Shown in pieces: positions 47,900 through 59,889 of a stretch of 64,000 nt of DNA (positions are counted from its first letter, which is position 1; each line of letters begins with the position of its first letter). The notes under the pieces were generated by a model that was given only the letters and a program-made list of their open reading frames with translations, was not told the origin of the DNA and did no database searches. Origin of the DNA: the human T2T-CHM13v2.0 reference genome, Homo sapiens; assembly GCF_009914755.1 (NCBI RefSeq), contig NC_060925.1; one strand, given 5' to 3'. Position numbers and translations under genes: made by a program.

Positions 47900-48997
47900 G
47901 TAATTAAAACAAATGCACACAGAAAACCTTTCGAATAGTACTGAGAAATATAAAATAAAAAGTGATGGTCTCTTTCCACTCCCAATCTTCAGTTCCTATT
48001 CCCTAAAATAACCCTGTTATTATTTTACCATTTTAAAAGCATGTACACAGTTAGGATATTATTCTGCTTAATATTATGAAATTACCCTTTTCCTGTATCT
48101 TAGCGATATTTCTATATAAATTCAAACATAGCTACTTCATTAATTTTAATAGTTGCATAGTATTCCATTTTGTCAAAATACAATAATTTAACAGTTCACA
48201 ATTGGTGAATATTTAGAAACTCTCCAATCTTTTTTACTATTATGAGCAATACTGAAGTGATCATTCTCATACGTAATTATGTCTTGTCATGCTTTTGTAA
48301 AACTACTTGTCAGGAATTTTGGTTGCAAATGTGGTAAATGAACTCAAATTGGCTTCAGTATCATTTTGGTATTTTAATTGTAACTTGATGAATGAAATGG
48401 AGCGTATTTTCATATGTTTATAAGCATCTGTTTTCCTCTACTTTTTATATCCATGTTATTTTCTTTTGCCTATTTTTCTATTAGGATTTTTGATTTCTTA
48501 TCATTCATTTTACATTTGTGTTCTTAAGTTTTTCTTGAGATATGTACCGTAAAATGCACAAGCCTTCGGTATATAGTTTAATGAATTTTTACACATTTCC
48601 TCCTGAGTATATACCTAGGAGTAATATTGCTGGGTCATAGGTTGGGATTTTGTTTTGCTTTAACAGATACGTCCAAGTAATGGTTGAATAAATTTATGCT
48701 GCCATCAGCAACATAGGACAGTTCCAGTTGCTCCATATATCATATCATGATCAACATTGATATTGACAACCTTTAAAATTTTAGCCATTCTGATGGTTGC
48801 ATAATGCTTACTTGTGCTTTTAACTTGCATTTCTCTAATATGTAATAATTTTGAGTAACATTTAATTAATTCCTCTCCTGCCATTTTTGGCTACTTTTGT
48901 CATATATCTTATTTCTGTATATTTTATAAACATCAGAAGCATTATTTTATTGTAGCTTTATATAATCAACAGTCTTTCAAATTTGATCCTTGCAGTG
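47900..48997 (-). mobile_element. Old L1ME-type fragment (continues at 53830-54420 after the HERV-H)
   Basis: 'gagtatatacctaggagtaatattgctgggtcatagg', 'ttttagccattctgatgg'. Confidence 0.65.
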
Positions 48998-49431
48998 TTT
49001 CATGCGCGTCCGTGTGAAGAGACAACCAAACAGGCTTTGTGTGAGCAACAAGGCTGTTTATTTCACCTGGGTGCAGGCGGGCTGAGTCTGAAAAGAGAGT
49101 CAGCGAAGGGAGATACGGGTGGGGCCGTTTTATAGGATTTGGGTAGGTAAAGGAAAATTACAGTCAAAGGGGGTTGTTCTCTGGTGGGCAGGGGCGGGGG
49201 TCACAAGGTGCTCAGCTGGGAAGCTTCTGAGCCAGGAGAAGGAAATTCACAGGGTTAATCACTCAGTTAACGTGGGGCAGGAACAAATCACAATGGTGGA
49301 ATATCATCAGTTAAGGCGGGGCAGGACCTTTTCACTTCTTTTGTGATTCTTCAGTTACTTCAGGCCATCTGGGCATATACGTGCAAGTCACAGGGGATGC
49401 GATGGCTTGGCTTGGGCTCAGAAGCCTGACA
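48998..49431 (-). promoter_or_regulatory. HERV-H 3' LTR (LTR7, LTR7Y/type Ia-like)
   Basis: Minus strand TGTCAGGC...GCATGAAA with TATA and AATAAA; PPT aagaaggcaggaa at 49432-49444. Confidence 0.92.
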
Positions 49432-50088
49432 TTCCTGCCTTCTTATATTAATAAGAAAAGTAAAACAAAATAGTGTTGAAGTGTTGGGGTGGCAAAAATT
49501 TTTGGGGGGTGATATGGAGAGAGAATGGGTGATGTTTCTCAGGGCTGCTTCAAGCGGGATTAGAGGCGGCGTGGGAACCTAGAGTGGGAGAGATTAAGCT
49601 GAAGGGAAGTCTTGTGGTAAGGGGTGATATTGTGGGGATGTTAGAAGAAACATTTGTCGTATAGAATGATTGGTGATGGCCTGGATACCGTTTTGGATGA
49701 ATTGAGAAACTAAATGGAGTAACAGAAGGAGAAAAACAGGTATAAAAGGTCTAAGAATTGGGACGACTCAGGATATCTGATTAGAGAGTGCCTAAGGAGA
49801 TTCAGCATAGTCCTGCCAGCAAAGATTATTTATTTACTTCAAGAGTTTAGAGTGGCAGTTTGGGGATAGCACCAGGAGATATCAGCTGTGATGGCTTGGA
49901 GAAACAGTGTAAACCGGCAGTGTAAACAAGAGCAGGGCATGTATGAGTAGTTGAGAATGGTGAATAGGAGTATGACTAACAGATGAGGATGAAATTTGGG
50001 CTTGATTGAAGTAATGGGGGCTGTCTGTGAAGCCTTGCGGCAGTACAGCCCAGGTAATTTGCTGAGCCTAATGGGTGTCAGGGTCAGT

Positions 50089-50481
50089 CTAAGTGAAGGC
50101 AAAGAGAGGCTGGGATGAAGGGTGCAAAGGAATAGTAAAGAAAGCATGTTCGAGATCCAGAACAGAATAATGGGTAGTAGAGGGAGGTATTGAGGATAGG
50201 AGAGTATATGGGTTTGGCACCATGGGGTGGATAGGCAAAACAATTTGGTTGATAAGGCGCAGATCCTGAACTAACTTGTAAGCCTTGTCTGGTTTTAGGA
50301 CAGGTAAAATGGGGGAATTGTAAGGAGAGTTTATAGGCTTTAAAAGGCCATGCTGTAGCAGGCAAGTGATAACAGGCTTTAATCTTTTTAAAGCGTGCTG
50401 CGGGATGGGATATTGGCATTGAGTGGGGTAAGGGTGATTAGGTTTTAATGAAATGGTAAGGGGTGCATGATCGGTCGCCAA
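50089..50481 (-). pseudogene. HERV-H pol N-terminal reverse transcriptase fragment
   Basis: QYPIP...SPYNSPILPVLKPDKAYKLVQDLRLIN...LDLEHAFFTIPLHP; the ORF stops before any YxDD motif. Confidence 0.9.
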
Positions 50482-50669
50482 GGAGGGAGTAGAGGTATCT
50501 TATACTTGTGGGTTAAGGTGGGGGGATACAAGAGGAGGACGCAAAGGAGGCTTTGGATTGGGAAGAAGGGCGGCAATGAGATACAGCTGTAGTGCAGGAA
50601 TAGTCAGGGAAGCAGATAATTTAGTTAAAGTGTCTCAGCCTAATAAGGGAACTGGGCAGGTGGGGATAA

Positions 50670-50858
50670 CTAAAAGGAGTGTTTAAAAGAGTATTGTCTA
50701 AGTTGGCACCAGAGCTGGGGAGTTTTAAGAGGTTTAGAAGCCTGGCCGTCAATACCCACAACAGTTATGGAGGCAAGGGAAACAGGCCCTTGAAAAGAAG
50801 GTAATGTGGAGTGGGTAGCCTCCATATTGATTAAGAAGGGGACGGGCTTACCTTCCAC
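50670..50858 (-). pseudogene. HERV-H protease remnant
   Basis: GKPVPFLINMEATHSTL (catalytic DTG replaced), VVGIDG flap. Confidence 0.8.
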
Positions 50859-51038
50859 TGTGAGAGTTACCGGAAGCTTGGCATCCGTGATGGTCCAGGG
50901 GGCTTCCGAGGCGATCGGGCAGTGTCAGTCTTCAGCCGCTAAGCCGAGAAGATCTGGGAAGGAGTCAGTCAGAGAGCCTTGGGCCAGAGGTCCAGGGGCT
51001 CTGGGAGTGGCTGCCAGGTGAGTTGAACAGTCCGATTT

Positions 51039-51254
51039 TCAGTGGGGTCCCACACAGATGGGACGCGGCTTAGGAGGAATCCCGGGCTGCGGGCATTCCT
51101 TGGCCCAGTGGCCAGATTTCCGGCACATGTAGCAAGCTCCTATGGGAGGAGGTTCTGGAGGAAAGCCTGGCTGCTGCGGTTCAGGTGTTTGGAAGTTCTT
51201 GTGTGCTGGAGATGTGGCTGGGGTTTGTCTCACAGTGGAGGCAAGGAATTGCAA
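51039..51254 (-). pseudogene. HERV-H gag nucleocapsid remnant
   Basis: CCHC knuckle CYMCRKSGHWAKEC. Confidence 0.85.
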
Positions 51255-52249
51255 CTTTTTCTATTATTGTACACCTTGAAGGCAAGGTTAATTAACTCCT
51301 GTTGTGGGGTTTGAGGGCTGGAATTTAATTTTTGAAATTTTATTTAATGTCGGGAGCAGATTGGGTAATAAAATGTATTTTGAGAATAAGATGGCCTTTA
51401 GACCTTTTAGGGTCTAGGGCTGTAAAGTGTCTCAGGGTTGCTGCCAAACAAGTCATGAACTGGGCTGGATTTTTATATTTGATGAAAAAGAGCCTAAACG
51501 CTATCTGATTTGGGATAAAGAAAAAGGAGCATTAACCTTGACCATGCCTTTAGCTCCAGCCACCTTTTTAAGAGTAAATTGCTGGGCAGGAGTGGGAGGG
51601 CTAGTCACGGAACGAAACTGTAAGCCAGACCAGGTGTGAGGAGGGGAGGTGATAAAAAGATTATAGGGTGGAGGAGCAGAGGCTGAGGAAGAATTGGGAC
51701 CTAGCTTGGCCTGGCGAGGAGCCTGGCGAGGAGCCTGGGGAGGAAGGGAGAGGTCAGATGGGTCTGTAGAAAAGGAAGATTAGAAAGACTCAGTGATGCT
51801 TGGGGTTGGTACTGAGGGGACAGGTGGGAGGGAAAGAAGGAAGATTTGGGACGAGTTGCACTGGGCACAGAGACTAGGAAGGGACTGACGTGTAAAAGAA
51901 TGCCTGGACGTCAGGCACCTCAGACCGTTTGCCTATTTTACGACAAGAATTATTTAGATCTTGCAGGATGGAAAAATTCAAAGTGCCATTTTCTGGCTAT
52001 TTGGAACTACTGTCGAGTTTGTATTGGGGTCAAGCGACATTGCAGAAGAAAATAAGGCATTTAGGTTTTAGGTCAGGTGTGAGTTGAAGAGGTTTTAAGT
52101 TTTTGAGAACACAGGCCAAGGGAGTAGAAGGAGGAATGGAGGGTGGAAGGTTGCCTATAGTGAAGGAAGCAAGCAAGCCTAGAGAAAAGAGAGAGTAGAG
52201 AAACGGAGGGAAGGGGTTCGGGGGTTCTTACCTTCCAGAAAAGTGGGAA

Positions 52250-52960
52250 AAGGGGTTGGGGCGCAGAGATAAGAGGTCGGGGCATGGAAATAAGGGATGG
52301 GGCGCAGAAATAAGGGGTTGGGGTACGGAAATAAGGGGTAGGGGCATGGAAATAAGGGGTCAGGGCACGGAAATAAGGGGTCGGGGCAAGGAAATAAGGG
52401 ATTGGGGTGTAGAGATATAAGAGGTTGGGGCACGGAAATAAGGGATTGGGGTGCAGAGATACGAGGTTGGGGTACTTGCCCCTCCTCTAGAAAAGCGGGA
52501 CTTGCCACTAAGAGTGAAGGAGAAGGGGTTGAGGGGTACTTGCCCCTCCCCCAGAAAAGCGGGACTTGCCGCTAAGGGTGAAAGTGAAGAGGTTGAGGGT
52601 ACTTGTACCTCTCCCAGAAAAGCGGGACTTGCCGCTAAGGGTGAAGGAGAAAGGGTTGCGGGGTACTTGCCCCTGCCCCAGGAAAGCAGAACTTGCCGCT
52701 AAGGGTGAAGGAGAAGGGGTTGAGGGGTACTTGCCCCTCCCCCAGAAAAGCAGAGAAGGGGTAGAGACAAGGAGAGAAGGGGTTGGGGTACTTGCCCCTT
52801 CCCCAGAAAAGCAGAGAAGGGGTAGAGACAAGGAGAGAAGGGGTTGGGGTACTTGCCCCTTCCCCAGAAAAGCAGAGAAGGGGTAGAGACAAGGAGAGAA
52901 GGGGTTGGGGTACTTGCACCTTCCCCAGAAAAGCGAGACTTGCCGCTAAGGGTGAAGGAC
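52250..52960. repeat. HERV-H leader tandem arrays (about 21-bp, 62-bp and 61-bp units)
   Basis: gaaataagggg(t/a)...ggggc units; gggtacttgcccc...gccgctaagggtgaa units; 61-bp unit at 52741, 52802, 52863. Confidence 0.9.
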
Positions 52961-53375
52961 CAAGGCAGGCGTCCCTGCATGTTCTGACACCTTTGAAACG
53001 TGGGTGAATAATCAGAGAGGCGTCCCTGCAATGATTAAACACCAAGGGAAGGCTGCCTTCCCAGTCCGTGACCGGCGCCGGAGTTTTGGGTCCACGGATA
53101 AAACATATCTCCTTTGTCTCTACTGGAAAATGAAAGGAATTGAAATTAAGAGAAGGGAGAGATTGAAGTGTGGCGCCAAGATTGAAAGGAGAAAGAGGTT
53201 GAGGGATAGTGAGGGAGGTTGGAGAAGAGAGTAAAAAGAGGTCGCTTACCGTATTTGAAATTGGTGAGATGTTTCTTGGGCTGGTCGGTCTGAGAACCTG
53301 AGGTCGTAGGTGGATCTTTCTCATGGAGCAAAGAGCAGGAGGACAGGGGATTGATCTCCCAAGGGAGGTCCCCCA

Positions 53376-53393
53376 ATCCGAGTCACGGCACCA
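53376..53393 (-). other. tRNA-His primer binding site
   Basis: Minus strand TGGTGCCGTGACTCGGAT, just downstream of the 5' LTR. Confidence 0.93.
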
Positions 53394-53395
53394 AA

Positions 53396-53829
53396 TTTCA
53401 TGCGCGTCCATGTGAAGAGACCACCAAACAGGCTTTCTGTGAGCAACATGGCTGTTTATTTCACCTGGGTGCAGGCGGGCTGAGTCTGAAAAGAGAGTCA
53501 GCGAAGGGAGATACGGGTGGGGCCGTTTTATAGGATTTGGTTAGGTAAAGGAAAATTACAGTCAAAGGGGGTTGTTCTCTGGTGGGCAGGGGCGGGGGTC
53601 ACAAGGTCCTCAGTTGGGGAGCTTCTGAGCCAGGAGAAGGAAATTCACAGGGTTAATCACTCAGTTAAGGTGGGGCAAGAACAAATCACAATGGTGGAAT
53701 GTCATCAGTTAAGGCGGGGCAGGACCTTTTCACTTATTTTGTGATTCTTCAGTTACTTCAGGCCATCTGGGCATATATGTGCAAGTCACAGGGGATGCGA
53801 TGGCTTGGCTTGGGCTCAGAGGCCTGACA
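53396..53829 (-). promoter_or_regulatory. HERV-H 5' LTR (LTR7, LTR7Y/type Ia-like)
   Basis: 434 bp, 14 substitutions versus the 3' LTR by manual alignment. Confidence 0.92.
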
Positions 53830-54429
53830 CAGTGCTGTTTGTTTCTTCTTGCATCTCTGTTTTTCCTGCTTGGATAATATTTTTTCATCCTAAAGAATTT
53901 CTTTCAGTATTTCTTGTACTGTAAATCAACAGTGACAAATTCTTTCAGACTTTGGGATCATAATTTCACCTTCGTTTTCTTACAGATATATTTAGTGACT
54001 ATAGAATTCGAAGTTGACAGTTATTTTTCTTCATTGTAAGTTGCCATTTTATTGCCTTCTGGCTTCTATTATTACTGTTGAAAAGTTAGCCATTGTTTTG
54101 TTTCCCTTAAGGTAATATGTCTTTTATTGTGTATTTTTGTTGGCATTTAAGACTTTTCTCCTTATCTTTGCTTTTCAGCAGTTTGACTATTATATGCCTA
54201 GGTGTGGTTTTCTTTTTACTTATCATGATTCATACTCCTTGAGAGTCTTCTATCTGTGGATAGAGAATTTTCATTAGATTTGGAAAATCCTCAGCCATTA
54301 TTTCTTCATCAATTTTGTCTCATTTTATTTATCCTCTCCTTCTGGAACTATCAGTTTCATACATGGTAAGTATTTTGGCCTAGGTCCACATGTCTCTTTT
54401 TCCTACAGTTTTTTGTCTCAATACTTCAT

Positions 54430-55460
54430 TTTGATTTTTTTTTCTTTTTCTTTTAACTTTTATTTTAAGTTCAGGGGTGCATGTGCAGGATGTGCAGGTT
54501 TGTTACATAAGTAAATGTGCGGTTTGATGTGTGGTTTGATGTACAGATTATTTCACCAGCCAGGTATTAGGCCTAGTGATATGGTTAGGCCTTCTGTCCC
54601 AAATCTCATCTTGAATTGTAATCTCCATAATCCCCACATGTCCAGAGAGAGACCTGGTGGGAGGTGATTGGATCATGGGGGCGGTTTCCCTCATGCTGTT
54701 CCTGTGATAGTGAATGAGTTCTCCTGAGATCTGATAGTTTTATAAGGAGATCTTTCCCCTTCACTCCTCATTCTTTTCTCTCCTGCCACCACGTGAGAAG
54801 TTCCAAGCTTGCTTCCTCTTCACCTTCCATTGTAAGTTTCCTGAGGCCTCCCAACCTATGCAGAACTGTGAGTCAATTAAACCTCTTTTATAAATTTCCC
54901 AGTCTCAGGCATTTCTTTATAGCAGTGTGAGAATGGACTAATATACTTACTATACATTAGTCATTTTTTCCTGATCTTCTTTCTCCTCCCATCATCTGCC
55001 CTCTGGTAGTCTCCAGTGTGTGTTGTTCCTCTCTATGTGTCCACATGTTCTCATCATTTAGCTCCTACTTATAAGTGAGAACATGTGGTGTTTGATTTTC
55101 TGTCCCCTTGTTAGTTTGCTAAGGATAATGGCCTCCAGCTCTATCCATGTCTCTGCAAAGGACTGGACTTCATTCTTTTTTATGGCTGCATAGTATTCCA
55201 TGGTGTATATGTACCACATTTTCTTTATACAGTCTATCATTGGTGGACTTTTATGTTGATTCCATATCTTTGCTTTTGTGAACAGTGTTGCAATGAACAT
55301 ACGTGTGCATCTGTCTTTAAAATAGAATGATTTATATTCCTTTGGGTATATACCCAGTAATAGAATTGCTGGGTCTAATGGTATTTCTGGTTCTAGGTCT
55401 TTGAGGCATTGCCATATTGTCTTCAACAATGGTTGAACTAATTTATACTCCTTCCAGCAG
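54430..55460 (-). mobile_element. L1PA/L1PB 3' fragment interrupted by a MaLR LTR
   Basis: T-tail plus 'ttttaagttcaggggtgcatgtgcagg'; ORF 55058..55519 resembles the ORF2 C-terminus. Confidence 0.85.
54577..54945 (+). mobile_element. THE1/MST MaLR solo LTR
   Basis: tgatatggtt...caaatctcatcttgaattgtaat...gaatggactaatata. Confidence 0.85.
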
Positions 55461-55961
55461 AATTTGATTCTGGGAAGACAATCTTTTATTCCACTCACAT
55501 AAAATGTCACATTTATCACTTACTAATTCACAAGTATGTTTGTGTTTATTTCTGGACTTTTTATTCTTTTTCATTGACTGTTCAATCTATTTTTTTCTCT
55601 AGTACTAAATTTATAATTACCACAGCTACTCAATAAATTTAATACCTGGAGAGCGAGATTCTCCACCTTTCTTATTATACCGAATTGATGTTCTTTCCAG
55701 AGTAGTTTTAGCTGAATTAAGTTTTTATAATAAAAAAATTCTGTTGATATTTTAATTGGAGTTAAAAGGGTTGAAAATATCATCACTACAATATTTAGTA
55801 GCCCAAGATTATATGTCAATTATAAAACAAATTTGTCATGAAAATATTACTTCTTTTTAAATAATAATCAAGACAAATAATTCATATAATATCTGTAATA
55901 CTGAATTCTTCCCAGAATCATTCTTTCTTTGATATGAAACATTAGAAATTTGGTAAGTGCT

Positions 55962-56291
55962 TGTCTTAGTCAGTTCAGGCTGCTGTAACAAAGTGCCACA
56001 GACTGGGTGGGTTATAAATAATAGACATTTATTTCTTATGGCTCTGGATGCTCTGGTGAAGGCCCTCTTCCAGGTTGCAGACTGCCATTTTATCACGGTA
56101 TCCTCACATGGCAGAAAGAGAGCTACCAAGTTCCCTGGGGTCTCTTTTATAAGGACTCTAATCCCATTCATGAGGACTCTATCCTCATGATCTAATTACT
56201 TCCCAAAGGCCCCACCTCCTGATGTCATTACAAGGTGGTTAAGATTTCAGCATATGAATTTTGGAGGGACACAAGCATTCAGTACATTGCA
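55962..56291 (-). mobile_element. MLT1/MST-type MaLR LTR
   Basis: tgtcttagtcagttcaggctgctgtaacaaa...ttttggagggacacaagcattcagtacattgca. Confidence 0.8.
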
Positions 56292-56639
56292 GTGCTCTAA
56301 GCTTTATGATTTAAATGTGGGGCTATAAATAGGGTGGTTATCCATCCCACTGTGTCTGACCAAGTCTTTATTTATGTATATATAATGACCCCTTTCACTC
56401 TGGAGGGGAGGCAAAACACCACCATCTTCAAGGTCCCAGCTGGGCCTGAGAATTAAATTGACATAAGATGGGTTAACAGGAGTAAAATGAAGACCCAAAG
56501 AAATAGAATCAGTTACTTATGTACCAAATTAGACAAAGAATTGTAAGTTGAGAAATGTGATAAGGCAAAGGGGGTTGGGCCAGGGTAGTTAATTGGGTAG
56601 AGAAGTGACCAGAAAGATAACAGTTAGTTTAACAAAGTC

Positions 56640-56840
56640 TTCCTCCTGCTCTAGCCATGTAAGACGTGACTGCTTCCCCTTCCCCTTCCACCATGATTTG
56701 CAAGTTTCCTAAGGCCTCCCCAGAAGCTGTCATGCTTCCTGTACAGCCTGTGAAACCATGAGCCAATTAAGCCTCTTTTCTTTATAAATTACCCAGTCTC
56801 AGGTATGTCTTTTTAGCAGTGCAAGGGTGTACTAATACAT
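56640..56840 (+). mobile_element. MST MaLR LTR 3' half
   Basis: 'cctgtacagcctgtgaaaccatgagccaattaagcctcttttctttataaattacccagtctcagg'. Confidence 0.8.
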
Positions 56841-58814
56841 AGGGCTTATTGCTTAGTTCAGTCATTGCTCTGGACTGAGTTGAAAAAATGAAAGGAAAAG
56901 AAGAACTGTCCTGAGAATTCCTACACTCAGATTTGTGAACACTCAAATTTCTATCCTCAGATTTTCATACTCATTAATTTTGGGCCAAAATTCATACTAC
57001 CTATGTGGTCTAGAAAAACAACAAGGAACATATTTAGTTTTAAGAGTCCTGTATTGCTTGAGCATCTAAGATACATTGTAGAAGCAAATGCAAATAGCTT
57101 CTGGGAAAATCCACATTCAACCAAGACCCTGGGAGACTTCAAAATTCCAAGGAATATAAGGTCATTAACAACATTACTTACACAGGGACATGATCCCTTG
57201 ACTGACAGTCAGCAGGAACAATGGATGACAGTATCAGAACCACAGAGACTGGAAAACTTGGTCAAATTGCTAAGGAAGGCAGAGGAGAAAAGGGGAAAAG
57301 GTTTGGTTCAAGAAGGCAGTACTGAACTTCAGCAGTCCTGTAACTTCCCACTCCAAAACTCCTAACAGAGGAGATCCTCCTTTTTTCTTGTGGTTTAAAC
57401 CAGTTTGATTGGATTTTATACTGATAGCTAGCAATATCTCAACAGAGAGGGAGAAAAAGGAATTGAATTGAGGTGAAGGCTGGCAAGATGGCTGAATAGG
57501 AATAGCTCTGATCTTCAGCTCCCATCGAGAACAACACAGAAGGTGGGTGATTTCTGCATTTCCAACTGAGGTACCTGGCTCATCTCACTGGGACTGGTTA
57601 GACAGTGGGTGCAGCCCATGGAGGGTGAGCAGAAGCAGGGTGGGGAGTTGCCTCACCCAGGAAGCACAAGGGGTTGGGGAGCTCCCACCCCTAGCCAAGG
57701 GAAGCCGTGAAGGACTGTGCCATGAGGAATGGTGCACTCCAGCCCAGATACTATGCTTTTCCCATGGTCTTCGCAACCCCCACACCAGGAGATTCCCTCA
57801 GATGCCTAAACCACCAGGGCCCTGGGTTTCAAGCACAAAACTGGGCAGCTGTTTGGGCAGACACTGAGCTAGGTTCAGGAGTTTTTTTTCACACCCCATT
57901 GGCATGTGGATCACCAGCAAGACAGTACTTTTCACTCCCCTGGAAAAGGGGCTGAAACCAGGGGGCCAAGTGGTCTAGCTCAGCAGATCCCATTCCCATG
58001 GAGGCCAGCAAGTTAAGATCCACTGGCTTGAAATTCTCGCTGCCATCACAGTAGTCTGAAGTTGACCTGGGACACTCAAGCTTGGTGGAGGGAGGGGCAT
58101 CTGCCATTACTGAGGCTTGAGTAGGTAGTTTTCCTCTCACAGCATAAACAAAGCCACCAGGAAGTCCTTCTCTGCGGAGCCCACCACAGCAAACCAAAGC
58201 TGCTGTAGCCAGATTGCCTCTCTAGATTCCTTCACCCTTGGCAGGGCATCTCTGAAAGAAAGGCAGCAACCTCAGTCAGGGGCTTATAGATAAAACTCCC
58301 GTCTCCCTGGGACACAACACCTTGGGGAAGAGGTGGCTGTGGGTGCAGCTGCAGCAGACTTAAACGTTCTTGCCTGCTGGCTCTGAAGAGAGCAGCAGAT
58401 CTCCCAGCACAGTGCTCAAGCTCTACTAAGGTACAGACTGCCTCCTCAAGTGGGTCCCTGACCCCTGTGACTTCTGACTGGGAGACACCTCTCAGCAGGG
58501 GTTGACAGACACCTCATACAAGAGAGCTCAGCCTGGCATCGGGTGGGTGCCCCTCTGGGACGAAGCTTCCAGAGGAAGGAACAGGCAGTAATCTTTGCTG
58601 TTCTGCAGCCTCTGCTGGTGATACCCAGGCAAACAGGGTCTGGAGTGGACCTCCAGCAAACTCCAGCAGACCTGCAGCAGAGGGGCCTGACTGTTAGAAG
58701 GAAAACTAACAAACAGAAAGGAATAGTATCAACATCAACAAAAAGGATGTCCACACAGAAACCCCTTTCAAAGGTCACCAACATCAAAGACCAAAGGTAG
58801 ATAAATCCATGAAG

Positions 58815-59826
58815 ATGAGGAAAAGCCAGTGCAAAGAGGCTGAAAATGCAAAAATAGAACTCCTCTTCTCCTCTAAAGGACCACAACTCCTCGCCAGCAA
58901 GGGAACAAAACTGGACAGAGAATGAGTTCTGAAGTAGGCTTCAGAAGGTGTGTAAAAACAAACTCCTCTGAGCTAAAGGAGCATGTTCTAACCCAATGCA
59001 AGGAAGCTAAGAGCCTTGGAAAAAGGTTAGAGGAGTTGCTAACTAGAATAAACAGTTTAGAGAAGAACATAAATGACCTGATGGAGCTGAAAAACACAGC
59101 ACGAGAACTTTGTGAAGCACACACAAGTATCAACAGCCAAATCAATCAAGTGGAAGAAAGGATATCAGAGATTGAAGATAAACTTAATGAAACATAGCAG
59201 GAATAAAATATTAGAGAAAAAAGAATGAAAATGAATGAACAAAGGCTCCAAGAAATATGGGACTATGTGAAAAGACCAAACCTACATTTGATTAATGTAT
59301 CTGAAAGTGATGGGGAGAATGGAACCAAGTTGGAAAACACTCTTCAGGATATTATCCAGGAGAATTTCCCCAATCTAGCAAGACAGGCCAACATTTAAAT
59401 TCAAGAAATACAGAGAACACCACAAAGATACTCCTCAAGAAGACCAACCCCAAAACACATAATTGTCAGATTCACCAAGATTGAAATGAAAGAAAAGAAG
59501 TTAAGGGCAGCCATAGAGAAAAGTCGGGTCACCCACAAAGGGAAGCCCATCAGATTAACTGCGAATCTGTCCACAGAAACCCTACAAGCCACAAGAGAGT
59601 GGGGGCCAATATTCAACATTCTTACAGGAAAGACTTTTAAATCCAGAATTTCATATCCAGCCAACTAAGCTTCATAGATGAAGGAGAAATAAAATCCTTT
59701 ACAGAGAAGCAAATGCTGAGAGACTTTGTCACCACCAGGCCTGCCTTACAAGAGCTCTTGAAGGAAGCACTAAACATGGAAAGGAAAAAGTGGTCCCAGC
59801 CACTGCAAAAGCATACCAAATTGTGA
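58815..59826 (+). pseudogene. L1 ORF1p, disrupted
   Basis: Fragments ELKEHV...EERISEIED and KGKPIRLTANLSTETLQATREWGPIF with stops and frameshifts. Confidence 0.9.
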
Positions 59827-59889
59827 AGACCATTGACACTATGAAGAAACTGCATCAACTAACGGGCAAAGTAACCAGCTAACATCATA

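Larger units (their letters stand above)
48998..53829 (-). mobile_element. HERV-H provirus, 4832 bp, defective (LTR-gag-pro-partial pol-env remnant-LTR)
   Basis: Two 434-bp LTR7s, perfect 5-bp TSD cagtg (48993-48997 / 53830-53834), tRNA-His PBS, PPT, gag/pro/RT remnants. Confidence 0.97.

Noticed and set aside
52179-53411. Long overlapping ORFs (up to 258 aa) in the HERV-H leader
   Set aside because: They arise from stop-poor tandem repeats, give repetitive peptides and show no domain signal.
56400-56640. Possible additional ERV1 LTR fragment
   Set aside because: It looks LTR-like, but I cannot assign family or boundaries reliably without a search.
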